Assembly (NCBI RefSeq): GCF_018350175.1 | Contig: NC_058368.1 | Span: forward strand, 20,772,001 to 20,836,000 | Origin: Felis catus | Taxonomy: Eukaryota | DNA length: 64,000 bases | Direction: 5' to 3' | Part shown: piece by piece, positions 49,231 to 61,999 of the stretch | Numbering within the stretch: the first letter of the stretch is position 1 | Layout: each line of letters begins with the position of its first letter | Made by a program: the position numbers and the translations under genes | The notes under the pieces: model-generated | The model's input: only the letters and a program-made list of their open reading frames with translations | The model's database searches: none | What the model was told of the DNA's origin: nothing

Positions 49231-51569
49231 TTTTATTTTATTTTTTAACTGTTGAGACGATCCCCCAAAATGAATACAGATTATTTATTTCTAAGTATAA
49301 CCTCTAAATATTTTATAAAGGCCAATATCCTAGCCCCTTTCCAGCTAAATAACTCTTTGAAGAGACACATACTAATCACATCATTTCACACACACACAAA
49401 AAAAGGCCAGGGAGTTTTGCTTTCTTCTGCCATGTATTGCCTCAGAAGCGAACCGAAACATCTCGACTTGCCCACCAGCTAGCTGTGTCCTGTATCCAAT
49501 TAGTTTCAGTAAATTATTAGAAAAAAGAGAAGCATTGTTGAACCAAGAGCTGCATGCAATATTTAGATTTACAAACTAATACAGTATAAAGGCTTCCTAA
49601 GAAGCTTTCATGCTTCCTTCTGAAAGACTGGCTCCTTCAAATGATCCCATTGATCCCAACTTCAGACAGTTGGCCACAGAGAAGTCAGGCAGTGGACACT
49701 CAGAGAACTAATTCAAAGGAGGGTGCTAGTTCCATGGCATGTTAATGCTGAATGGACTCAAAAGGCCAATGTTCGTGTATCTTCACATACATTACCAGAC
49801 AGTTAGGCTTTCTCGTCCTGACAGAGTCTGGCCTTGAAGACTTGTTTTTCAATGTCCATCTTCCAAGAGAAAACAAAGTTTTAACCAGATAAAATTTGCC
49901 TATATGAATATTCTCTCTCTCTCTTCGGGGTGGCTGGGTCTCCTCTTCTTAAAATATCTTTAGTGTCTGCAGAAGCCAAGAACAGTCTACTACGAGGAGA
50001 CTCTGTTTGCCACATTTGTAGCAGGAGAAAGTGCAGCTCGAAATTGGAATTTCAAGGGTTTTCCTATTATCTAATTTTGTCGAAGACTCTGCTTGATAAT
50101 GGGGAGGGTCACAGGCGGGGAATCAGAAGGAAAGCTGCAGACTTTGTCTCTAGAGAATTTGTGGTGAACACTCTTTCAGAAAGTACTCTGACCACAGAGA
50201 AGATTAGGAGACCAAATGAGTCCCATGGGCCCATGAGCCCAGAAAACTGTTTATGGACCTTTTTTTGGACACACATGAAAGAGACCAAAGAAAATTTTAA
50301 CAAAGCTTCTAAAAGTTGAGACACCCTTTGATGTGACTCATTAATTCAAGGAAAGGAGAAAATACAGAAAAAAAAATTTTTTAAAAAGTCTTGGTCACAT
50401 TATGGACATCTTTTGATCCAAATCAAGATGCCTAATGGTACGCTAAATATGTTTGTGCAAATGTGTTGTGTATGTGTAGGCTACAGTTTAAATCAGTAGA
50501 TGGGTACAAATATCTGAAAACTGGCACATCAAATAATTCAGTTCAAACCTGCAGGTGTTCCGGCAGGGAGTATTCTTTTCCCCAATCAAGCAACAGAGAA
50601 GACAGATATTTGAATTTTTTACTGACTTGTGAATGTAGATCATTCCTTCTAACAATCAGGCAGAAAATAGCATCTTGGTTCAATGTAATGCCACATGGTA
50701 TATAATAACAAGCTGCTTTGAAAATGTAATTACTTTTATAGAAATATAATTCTTTCACATTTTGTTTTGTTGACAAATAGACCAGGCACTTGCCAGAGAA
50801 GTGTCGATGGAACACTTTTCTCAGAAGCATATGCCTCACTTAAGCCAAGAAAAAAGAAAAAACTTGATCAATGTGTATGTGTGTATCATGAAACACTTAA
50901 TCAGAAAGATATACAGATCTTTCTTTTCCATAATCATGAGACCTGAGATTTTTCTCGAGGGAAATGTTCCAACATGAGAAAGAAAATACATAGTTCAAAA
51001 AGCCCATGTTTTCAATTTGCCACCACATGGTTTAAATTATCTATGTATTTATTAAGGGCGCTAAATAGGCAGCTTAATTTAGGGAGAGGGGTCATTCAAG
51101 TAGAGAAAAATCATGTTTAATCCCTTAGCTCACTACAGGTTGATTGTGCTTTTTAAATGCATACAGCCTCAGCTAACAAAATTCCCCATGATAAGAAGGT
51201 CCCCTGTCTGCTTCTAAATTTGTCGGCTGCCAATAACAATGGGAACTTGTTAAGCTCCTGGCTCCAGGCCCAGCCTCTCTGGGCATCTTCCAGAATTAGG
51301 GATTTGTCAGTTATTTTCTCTTTATGTTGCCAATGTGCTTGCCTCCAATTTGGGGGTCTTCCTCTCTGTTCCTGGCACACCATGTGTTTGTTAAATCACT
51401 ATAGGGTGGAAATAAAAGGGCCAGGGCATCACAGCTTTCTTCCCTGTATGATAAGTTTGCTTTCTGTCTGGATTGGGATAGAGTAAGTCCTAGGGGAACC
51501 ACGAGGAAGTCATGGTTAGAGGTCAGGTGTTGGAAATTTGAACACCTACTGGATATTTGGTGACAGGAT

Positions 51570-51850
51570 AGAATTCGACCTTTTGTAGATATCATAATGG
51601 AATAGTTATGTTTTTATAAAGAATCCTTAGATTTTAGAAATACAACATATAATATTTTAGATGAAATTACATATCTGTAATTTGTTTCCAAATAACACGG
51701 AGTGAGAAAGTAGACAGAGATGCAGATGAAACAAGATTGGCCATGGGTTGATAATTGTTAAAGGCAGTTGTGATAGGTACATATGGGTTTGTTAGATCAT
51801 CTTTATTTTTGGACATATAGTTGACATTCTCCGTGACTTAAACTAAAACC
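51570..51850 (+). mobile_element. Old L1M 3'-end fragment
   Basis: AGATGAAACAAGATTGGCCATGGGTTGATAATTGTT...GATAGGTACATATGGGTTT. Confidence 0.65.
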
Positions 51851-54359
51851 AAACAAACAAACAAAAACTAAAGAAAAAAAAGTGCCAGTGAAGAATACAA
51901 GATCCCCAAGTAGTCCTCTTTGGACAACCTTTAGGGAAACAGGGTGGTAGTCCAAGAAGCCTTTAGAACCTGGCTTTCAACCTCTGTTCTGCCCTGTGCT
52001 TTGTCCTGAGTGTTTTGTATGGTATGGTCCTCTGTTCTACCAAACATTGCTGGGTAGGACCCTTGGGTTGAGAAACTCTTCTATAAACAGTGGGAGCATG
52101 GTTAGGATTTATTAGCCTTTCTCCTTAGGTCTCTGACCTCCACCTCCTACAGTCACAGGGCTGAGATGCCATGGGTCATTTCTCCACATCCCAAACACAG
52201 CAGAAACGGATTCTCTGTGTGGATCTGGAGCCAGAAACAGCCTTCAAGTTCCACCCATTTTTATCTTCAACCCACCCCATGTGGCCAGACAATGGCAGGA
52301 AGCGTTTCTCCCAGTGACCCCACAGTAGCCTTCCTTCCTCCTAGGCTTGTTACTGTGGCTTCAGTTGTCTTGGTCTCCTCCATGTACTAAGAGCAGCCCT
52401 TTCGGGACTTCCCAAGACTCTGGCCCATGTCTTTCTCCACCCTGAGTAGTTAGTTTGACTACCAGAATATAGACTCCATTCTTAAACTGGCAGCCATGTC
52501 AGATGGACACCTGAGTGGCAGCCCCAGGCGTGGGCCTCTTGGTCTTGTATCTACTTCTGAGAGCGTGAACCATTCTCCCTTCCTTATGGCCGCTCCTGCA
52601 AGCCTTATTTTGGAGAGGTTGCCCTCAACTTAGCAGATATTTCGGGCTTCAGATTTTGACATAAAAATAGCCTGTGAAGTACTCTGGGCCCCGGAGCAAT
52701 ATCCTTCTCTCTGGCTTGGCCTGAGGCACCACCACCTGAGCACTCCAAGCAGAGGTTCTTGGGGAAAAAGGAAGAGAGAAGGATGTTATGAAAAGAAAGG
52801 GTCACGGAGGACCACAAGATTGAAAGAGCAGAAAAAGCCCGAGCAGAGGAAACCATTCACCTCCTCTACCCAAATCTCTAGTTCTCAAGCACTTCTTACA
52901 TTTGATGTCCCCTTACTCATGAGGGCAGGGAGGTTGTAGATGAAAAAGACTGGTCTGGGAGTGTGAGACTTGACCAGGCCCTACCCAGCTATTAACCAGC
53001 TCCCGACCAACCATCAGACTCTGTGTGTACTTTATTTCATTCATTTATCCAATGTCAAGTATCTACTATGAGCCAACCATAACACTAAGCTACAATGCAG
53101 GGACAACATAGATAGGAAATGGGCTCTGCTTTTGAGAAGCCCAGGGGAAAGCAGACCCATAAATAAAATACAAGTCACTAAATGTTGTAGAATTTATAGT
53201 ACAGAGTGCTAGCATGTAGAGTGCTAGAAGGGAATGGTTTGTTCTACCTGGTTCACAGAGTGGGGGATGATCAGCTGGGACTTGCTGCACCTCAGTCTTC
53301 CTGTGATTACCCCAAGGAAGTCAGACTAGAGACTCTATAAAATCATTCTTCTCCTAGAAGTATAAGAATCTCTGAATTTATATAATTGGGAAACCAAGGC
53401 ACAAATGTCAGTGAGTTGCCCATAGTCCTAAAAAGAATTTGTGGCAAGGCCAAGGGTAGGACAGGGGCTTTTGTCATTCCGGGCTCAGTGTTCCTTTTAT
53501 CAGGTACTAACTCAGTCTCAGTGCTAAGAGTCTCCTTCCAATGTTAATTAATTCAAACATGTCTGCTTATTTCATCCAAAACAGGACTTAAAAAATCACC
53601 AGTGGTTCTCAGCTTGTACCTAATTTTGAATGAAGGGAAAGAACTGGTCTGCAAACTCTTCATTTTCTTCGCAGCACATGATGAGCACCGGGCTCTTTGC
53701 AGAAGTCCCTTATGGTAAAAACAAAACAAAACGTAGTGCTCGTTCCAATAAACTTGCAGTCAACCCTAGCCCAGAAGCAAAATCCCATGCAGAGAATATA
53801 ACCCCTTGTTCCTCACAAATCTAAAAGAGAAAGAGATTTATGAGTAGAGCTTTCAGCTGTGCGAATAGGCCATTGTTCATTAGATGTCTTGTTGAAAATT
53901 CTACTTTAAAACTTATTTTTTCACGAAAACCCAGAAATTTTAAATTTTTTCTTGTGTACCTATCAACAGCAAACAAAACAAAACCAAAACAAGGAGAGTT
54001 CTCAAAACAGAAAGGAAATGTAGATAATGAGAGGGAGAGAGAAGGAAGAAGGAAGAGAGGGGGAGGGAGGGAGAGAGGAAAAACCCACTGTGGAGCTCAA
54101 ATGAACCTATAGCTAATGATGTCTGCACTTAGCCAACTCCAGTTTGGCCATACTCTATAAAACTGCCACATTTAGGAGTTTAATGAACCTTGATTCCTTG
54201 TCAGATTAGCAAAGGTTTCACTACCTGACTCTAATGTTTCTAATGCTTCTCTCTCAAAGGCTCAAAGTTGAGCAAGCTGGGAGTCATAGAATAATGAGCA
54301 ATTACATCAGGCCTTACTGGATCACTCATCTTCTAGATCCCAAGACCTCGGTTAGAGGC

Positions 54360-54778
54360 TGCTGCATATTTCTAATTGTGTCCCTACCTCTCTTCTCCCA
54401 GTTTTAGCTGAGCATTTGGCTGTCCAGGTAACTACATCATTTCCTATCCCTTCTTGCTGCTAGGTGAAACTGGTAACTACCAATGGGATGTAATCCAAAA
54501 TGACATGTGCCACTTTTGGATCTTGTCTTCAAAACAATGGGTGTAGTCTCCCGGGTCATTTCTCCCTCCCATTGTCCATAAAAACAATAAGAACAGAGTA
54601 GTCACTTTGAACCCAGAAATGGAGGCCACGTGATAAGAATGTCAGAGTCTCCCCACTAGCCCTAAACCATTCCTATCTGCACAGTAAAGTGAGAATGAAA
54701 TAAATGTCCATCTGATTTAAACCACGGTATTGTGGGGTCTGTTTGTTACAGAAGCTTACATGTACCCTAACTAACAAA
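54360..54778 (+). mobile_element. MLT1J-like MaLR LTR
   Basis: CCAATGGGATGTAA...ATGACATGTGCCACTT; 3' end AATAAATGTCCATCTGATTTAAACCAC...TTTGTTACAG...CCCTAACTAA. Confidence 0.7.
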
Positions 54779-55435
54779 TCCACTGTTTGGGTCAGAGATG
54801 GACCTAAAGACCCATATATGCTGACCCAGTGACATAAACCCACTCTTTGTCTTTGGCATTGAGAGCGGACAAAGCAGAACTTAGCCAACTTTCAGAGAAG
54901 TTACCACATAAAGTATTCACTTCTAGATGCCTGTCTTAAGGGAATGCTGAAACGAATAAAAATTCAACATGGTATTCTTTATGAAACTAAGAATTAAACT
55001 CGCTCAACTAGAACATTAGTGGGATAATTAAGATATGGGTTATCTACCTACATTTTATGTTATTCCAGAAAGGATATAAAGTGTGACCAGTGGGAGGAGA
55101 GAAGAAACACAGGTTTCTGTAGAATATGTGTGTACGTGTGTGTATATAGGTAGAGGCTATGCATTCTTATCAGGCTCCTCATGATATTGATGTACATGCA
55201 GGTTTGAAAATCACTACCTTGGGCCTTCATTTCTATCCCAAAAATAAGGGAAATGAGGCCTGGGTAGAATCCATACTTGTCTTCTCAGCCCAAAACTGAG
55301 TGTCAGAGGTACTCAATAAAGGCTCACTGAATGAATGGATGAACGCCAATTCTCAGGACTTGTGCACCTTCCCTAGTCATTGATGTTGACCATGAAGAAC
55401 TGTGCAAGTACTGCTCATGTTATTTAACTCTACAC

Positions 55436-55831
55436 CAGTGGTTATCACAAATCATGAGCCTTGAGTTTACATTGAGATCCCTTTAAAAGTGTTAGGAAAC
55501 TTCTCAACAAGGGTCAGAGCCACTAACAAGATGTCCCTAAGAGACATTCAGCGTTCTGTTTTGGCTGGACCTACCTTGTATCTTATGTGCTAGACAACTC
55601 TTGCCTCAAAGCTGAGATGATTTCATGAAAAAGAAAACTCCTCACCACAGTTGCTGAGACTGGTGCCATGATAATATGCCCCCAAATTACAAGGCTTATT
55701 TCTTAAATGCACATCCCTGGGTCCACCTCCAGAGGGTCTTACTGAGTAGATTTAGAGTGGGGACCAGGAACCTGCAGTTTGATCAGCATTCTGGACAATT
55801 TTCTTCTAGGAATGTCTTTTGAGAAATACTG
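55436..55831. mobile_element. MER5-like fossil apparently interrupted by a 213-bp duplicated segment
   Basis: CAGTGGTTATCA start at 55436; body (AAATGCACATCCCTGGGTCCACCTCCAGAG...TTTGAGAAATACTG) resumes after 55670. Confidence 0.5.
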
Positions 55832-56951
55832 CACTCAAATCATGGGTAGGTACAAGATACTGTGGTACAGTTAATTTGAAAGGACATCTATCAATCAAAA
55901 TGGATCATTTTTATTAATAGATGCGGTCACAATTAAAATTTTGTCAAAAGTTTTGCCAAGAGCAAAGAGTCTGTCTGGGAAGCTGGCTCAACTGATGTAT
56001 GACTGGTCCTCTGAAGGTTCCAGGGATGTTTATGTTTCTGTCACTTACCATCCAGATTCTGTCACTGGGACTGTCTTTAAGTCAGGTGACATCAATAGGT
56101 TGAATCAGGTAGCTCAAGCCAGACGTTTAGTGAAAAGGAAGAATTAAAAAATAATATTTTCTTTTTATAAAGGTATATTTAGTCCTGTCTCTGTCCTCCA
56201 AAGCAGGATAAAGATAGGAAAACGTTGATACAATGGTAGGATGAGATTATTCAGGGTTGAATATGACTAATGCTGGATGAAAAGTCAAAACAGGAGTAAA
56301 AAAAAGAACTCCAAAATAAAACAAATTAATAAAAGGAATTCATGTCTCACATGATAAAGAGATCAAATGTTTAGATTCAACATTGTCACTCCATTCTGGC
56401 TTTCTTTTGTATCTCTTTTTGAATATTTTTATGCAGTTCTTGGGCTGAATGATAGTCCCTTTGTTTCCTGCTGTATGCTGGGATGAAAAATGTAGCTTTT
56501 TAATATAACAGGAAATAAGCTTCTAAATATGATTTCAGGTCTTGTCTGACATTAGTATCCCAAACCACACACAGGGGCTGCTGGTGTCCACACTCCTCAG
56601 ACAGCTTCTCGTCATGTCCCTGAGCATCGTTCACATAGATTATCCTGTAGGGTGACAAGAAGCTTGACGGCCATCTAAATGCCACATCAGGACTAAGGAC
56701 CCCAAAAGAACAGCCATGGCGAAATGTATGCGTTGTATGCCTTGAGTTTACACTGAGATCCCTTTAAAAGTGTTAGGAAACTTCTCAACAAGGGTCAGAG
56801 CCACTAACAAGATGTCCCTAAGAGACATTCAGTGTTCTGTTTTTGCTGGATCTACCTTGTATCTTATGTGCTAGACGACTCTTGCCTCAAAGCTGAGATG
56901 ATGTCATGGAAAAGAAAACTCGTCACCACAGTTGCTGAGACTGGCGCCATG
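55458..56951 (+). repeat. 213-bp direct repeat (copies 55458-55670 and 56739-56951)
   Basis: Manual alignment: no gaps, 9 substitutions counted. Confidence 0.95.
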
Positions 56952-57134
56952 CTTTGTAATCCAGAAAGAGAAAGCCAAGCTTGCCTATCGCTACACTCCG
57001 CACCCCACCACCGTCACACCCCACCCCTGTGCCACTTCCTCTACTTTCCTCTTGTAACCCTGAGTCCCATCCTCCCACACACACACCACAAAACCAAAGG
57101 AATGGGATAAAAGCAGAGGACACACAAGGCGGAT

Positions 57135-57340
57135 GTGCAATGAACTCAGATTCCGGAGTCAGCCCTAGATTCTAGTCCCAACTGGTCGCCTACCACGGCA
57201 TGACTTTGAGCAGCTTATGTCAACATCCCAGGCCTCAGTTTCTTCATTGACTTCGAGACTTAAAGAAGAAAATGTATTCAAGGCTTTTAGTACAGTTCTA
57301 GCATGCTCTCGATGCTAAGCTTTCAGTAAGTGGAGACAAC
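57135..57340 (+). mobile_element. MIR SINE fossil
   Basis: GGAGTCAG...TTCTAGTCCCA...TGACTTTGAGCAG...GGCCTCAGTTTCTTCAT. Confidence 0.6.
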
Positions 57341-57649
57341 GATAATCAGGACTAGTAGTCAAGATGGATCCTGATAAACCGTTTGATCTTGTGGCCTTCC
57401 ATGCCTTCCACAAATAAAAGAACATAGAAAATTCTTAGCACCTGAAGACGTGCATCAAACTAAGCTGTGGTAACCAGGATGTTAGGTATTTATAAAGCTG
57501 ACAGGCCTGCAGAACAAATCCCTGACTTATTTGGAGCACCTTGCTCTCTTTCAAATTTTTCCATTTCAGTGCTGTATCTCTGACGCATGGTTTTTAACAC
57601 TGTCTACACAGCCACTCGTCAAAAGGGGCAGCGACCGGCCTGTAATCGT

Positions 57650-57850
57650 GGACTCTCTCATGGGGCCCCATGAGTCTCATCTGTCCCCTGGCTGTCTGAG
57701 GAGTCACCGGTGACGTCAGGAAGATGGCTGCCACCGCTTACAACCCCCAGGCTGCTGCAATTGAAAGGGTCCCTGCTTTCTCTTCCTTGGCTCCAGATGG
57801 AAAACCTGGAGTCTCTGGAGATGGAGAGTTGGGGGCGGGGGGGGGACAGG
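57650..57850 (+). promoter_or_regulatory. Candidate promoter/enhancer (CRE + ETS + YY1-like + GC box)
   Basis: TGACGTCA 57711-57718 overlapping CAGGAAG and followed by AAGATGGCTGCC; GGGGCGGGG near 57832-57840; motif evidence only. Confidence 0.4.
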
Positions 57851-58118
57851 AGGACCCAGCTGAGAAAGGGAGTCGGCAAACAGAGGAGGCAGCAGGGCCA
57901 GCTATTCATGTTTCTGTGACTTGCCACAGACAGTGTGGGCATTGTTTAAGATCACACAGAAATTGTCCTATACAGCCCTCAATCTTATTAGCTGCCCAGC
58001 CACTTTTCCACATTAATCATTCAACCTGACGTGAGTAAATAATACCACATGTGGTGGTGATGACAGTTGTCTCCATAATGTATTCATCTCAAGGTACTCA
58101 TGGTTTTGCAAAAAAATA

Positions 58119-58289
58119 ATATATATATATATATTTGTATATATATATAAATATATATAACAGTTTCATATATATGTATATACACACATACACAGTGTGT
58201 GTGTATATATATATACACACACTATATATATATATACACTATATATATATATACACTATATATATATATACACTATATATATATATATA

Positions 58290-58356
<67 letters not shown>

Positions 58357-58366
58357 TATATATATG
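58119..58366. repeat. Complex (TA)n/(CA)n low-complexity array
   Basis: Read directly; several CAC(TA)n units. Confidence 0.93.
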
Positions 58367-58649
58367 TCAGTGACTTTAGAAAACTCCACAGTCAGGAGAG
58401 CTGGCTATCTTCATAAGGAACAGTATAAAAATTCAAAAACTTATGTTAGGAGAGGCTGAGGGCAGGCGAGAGTGGTGAGCTATGCTCTCAGCACGATGCC
58501 TTACAACTTTGATGAGACATAGAAAAAAATTAGTAACACTCAGAGTCCCCACAGCCCTGTTCCCCCCTGTGTCTGTCGCTTGCATTTTCCCATAAGACTC
58601 AAGAAATGCTTGCTGAAACTAGACATAATCTTTGGGAAAACCACATCTT

Positions 58650-58710
58650 TCCTTCCCTTCCTTCCTTCCTTCCTTCCTTCCTTCCTTCCTTCCTTCCTTC
58701 CCTCCTTCCC
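58650..58710. repeat. (CCTT)n microsatellite
   Basis: Read directly. Confidence 0.9.
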
Positions 58711-59792
58711 CAAATATGGAGTACAAGGTTTGTGTCCAATATGTGCTAATGCAGGAAATCCCAAGATGAAGATACAGCCCTGGCCCTTGAAGAATTAGGG
58801 GAGGACAGAGTCAGAGGGGAGGGTACTCAAACAAACCAGGAAAACCACACAGTGGAATATATATCAGGTTAAATCCCAGAAAAACGTTATTTATGTAAAT
58901 AATTGAAAAACTGTAGCCATCTTTATGGGGGTTGTAATACCTCTGGGAATGAGTGGTCTAAAAAGATGAGCCTGGTTAGGGAATTTGGGGGGTGGGGTGG
59001 GGAGTGTGGCTGGGATGGAAGAGCGTTGGCTGTCAGAGACCACAACAAAGGTAAGAAAAGCCAGTGGATTTAGGATTCATTGGAGAAGAAGACAGAGGCA
59101 GCTCTCTGGAGACAGGCAAATACGTGGATCAGAATAAGAGCATCCTACAGGAATCTAGAAGCTTGATGGATTAAGGTCAGAATAATCCTCTGTAGTTTAT
59201 TCTTGGAGATTGGTTGAGACAAATCTTAGGAAAGTGTTCTGAAATCTGACTAACCATCAGAATCGCCTGGAAACAGTTTTATAACCCTACTCCTGACATG
59301 CTGACTCAGTATCACATCAGAAGCTTTGGGAATCTATTTTTTAAGAGCTAGCAAATTTGTCTTGAGGCTGGCCTGCATAGTAACCGCACTGGCTTTACTG
59401 ACACTGCTAACTAATCGGTAAGAGTTGACTGATTTGGGAGTGAGCTGAAGCCCAGCCAAGTCATGGCCACTGTCAGAATAGAAAACCTTTTGAGGAATTA
59501 ACACTTCAGTAGGAATTGTTAGTGTTTTCTCCTTTAAGTCATTTGAGAGAGAGTGAGTCATCTGCACTGGTCAACATTCAGGTAGAGTCATATGGTGGAA
59601 GGGAACATAATGCATTCAAGGACTCCCAAAGTTGGAAGAAGTCATCTAGTGTATAAATCCACCCATTGAGAAGTCTACTCAACAACATGCCTGCTAGATG
59701 AGCATTCGGTTCTTTGTGTGAAAACATCCAGACAGGGAGCTCACTACATACAGCAGAAGCCTGTTCCATTATGTTTTAGCTCTTGCAGATTT

Positions 59793-59794
<2 letters not shown>

Positions 59795-59848
<54 letters not shown>
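59795..59848. repeat. (CA)n microsatellite
   Basis: Read directly. Confidence 0.95.
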
Positions 59849-59849
<1 letters not shown>

Positions 59850-61599
59850 AGGAAAAACTCATGTTAACTTTTTGCAACTTCTCCATTGATCTTCTTGCTG
59901 ATACTTGAGGAACATGCCTAATTTTTCCTTCAAATATTTCGAATCCCCTATCAGAGGCCCAAAATCTTTTCTCTCAAGTCAAACTTCTAGAACTTTCTAC
60001 CGCCCCTTTTGTGACAGGTTTTGAGATCCTTCTCAAGGTTTCTAGATGTTAGAGTGTTTTTTTTTTTTATCACAACACATAGGTCCCCACTCTCCCTACT
60101 TCTTGCCAACCAACACACATAGGGTTCCTCTTGGCCATAACCGGTTCACAGTTGCAAAGCCAACTGTGACACTGCCAGGACAGCCCAGGCAGTGGCCTCT
60201 GAGGTGGTGGAGGAACTGGGGTCCCATTCTCCATACACAGCATTGTCAGAACACTGTGGGGAAGGCGTCTGGGGTTCTCTGTGCTTCCTGTTGTCATAAT
60301 GACAGCAGACATACAGCACAGACCTCCCTTTCTCTGCAGAAGGCCTATGGCCTTTCTTACCACAGTGCTGAAGAGATCAGACCCGTTTCCCAGTCTTGGA
60401 TTCTGGCCATTCAGAAAATAAAAAGGAGCTGAGTAAATAAGTGTAATGACCGCTTTCCTACCCCAGTTCTGTAGAGGTTCTGTAGAGAGCATTAGCGTTT
60501 GGGGCCCTCCAGTAGTAACGTTCTTCATCTGCACACAGCCCATTCCCTGTGGACCCTCAGGATTGCAAGCAGAACACAGCTGCAGGGCAGGGGCTGGGGT
60601 AGGAAGGTGACTGGGGGGTAAAGTAGGGGTGAATCCTTATGTCGTAAGTGTGCCACAGCCCAGGTTTCTGGCACAGGCTTTCTGTGAAAAAGGAACAGAA
60701 CAGACCTTGCTCTCCTCTCTTTCCTCGCCCCCTGCCACTATGCAGGGTTGGACATATTTGAATGTGAGGATATGGGAAAGCTCAGACAGAATGGCACCTG
60801 TTTTGTGTTTAGTTCATTGCAGAGGCATCTGCATTCCTCCAGGGGTGGTGACCCCATCCAACTATTCACACAGATTACTTGCTCCTCTTCAACAATCTTC
60901 TGTCCAGGTTGAGAACAGAGGGACCTCATTGTTCAAGGAGGGTTGGGTATCAGAATAACCTGGAGAGATGTTGAAAAATATTCATGGCTTGAGGGGAAGA
61001 AAGAGGGTTTGCCCAGAGATTCCATGTGCCCTCTCTGTGCAATTGTAGTGGAGGTAAGTGGAGAGGCACACACAGTTAAAGTTGCCAGACCTCCCCAGAT
61101 GACTTTGCCTTGTTGAGAACCACTGGTCTAGATGAGACAGTGAGCCAAGTCTAAACTCACAGGTCTCTCATTTATGCCAAGGCATGCAATAAAGGTATCA
61201 CTATGACCATAGCCAGAAAACCTTAAAGTGAGGTCCCATAACACTGAAAACAAAGATTTGAAGGCTAATGGGACTTTCTCCCTCAACTGCATCCATCTCT
61301 TTCTTTCTGTACATTTCCATTATCCTTTTTGGTCAACTTCATCTCCAAACTGGGAACATGGCTGCTGAAGAGTTTTAAGTGTTCTATTCCATCACTTCTT
61401 TCCCAGATTAGGAATGAATTTTTTTTTCTCCATCAACATTCTGATCTAAGGCTTCCCCCACACCCTTATGCTTTCCTTGAAGTCTCATTAGTCCCTTTCC
61501 AACCTTTGCAAGCAGAGAAGCATGAGCTGGTATTGAAGGGTGACAAAGACTTAAGCTCTATGATGCTGTGAGCTTCCTGCCCTGTATCCTTCCTTGCTA

Positions 61600-61995
61600 A
61601 CTGCCCCTTTCTTCCTTATTAACAAAATTCCAATTTTTGTTTGATATCATAACTAGGGATGACCATGTAACAACATTCTGGTTAATGATCATGAGGTTAG
61701 GGTTTCTGGGAGAAATTTTGCTTTCTTAATGCTGCCATTTCCTATTTTCCACTCCATTTTCTTTCCGCTTTGTAAATATAATGTGTTGTCTGGTGGGGCA
61801 GCAACAGTTTTGCAACCATGAGGCAAAAAGTTTGCAGATGAGGATCTATGGGTTAAAGATGATGAAATGGGAAAAAGAGTGGAACGAACCTGGGTCCTGA
61901 TGGCACTGTTATAAAACCCTAGCCTGCCTAACCAAAGCATCCAATTGCAAAAGGTTTCTATTCTCTGTTTAAACTACCGTGGTCAGAGTTTGAGG
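61600..61995 (+). mobile_element. Old MLT1 (K/L-like) LTR
   Basis: GCAGCAACAGTTTTGCAACCATGAGG...AACCTGGGTCCTGATGGCACTGTT...TGTTTAAACTAC. Confidence 0.5.
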
Positions 61996-61999
61996 ACAC

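Noticed and set aside
31225..56055. Isolated minus-strand consensus donors (near 31236, 38331, 56048) as coding exons
   Set aside because: The sequence upstream of 31236 is full of stops, 56048 lacks a clear acceptor, and I found no exon for 38331; several GGTRAGT matches per strand are expected by chance in 64 kb.
60046..60543. Overlapping 128-aa (+) and 157-aa (-) ORFs
   Set aside because: No recognisable protein family, convincing splice context or codon pattern.
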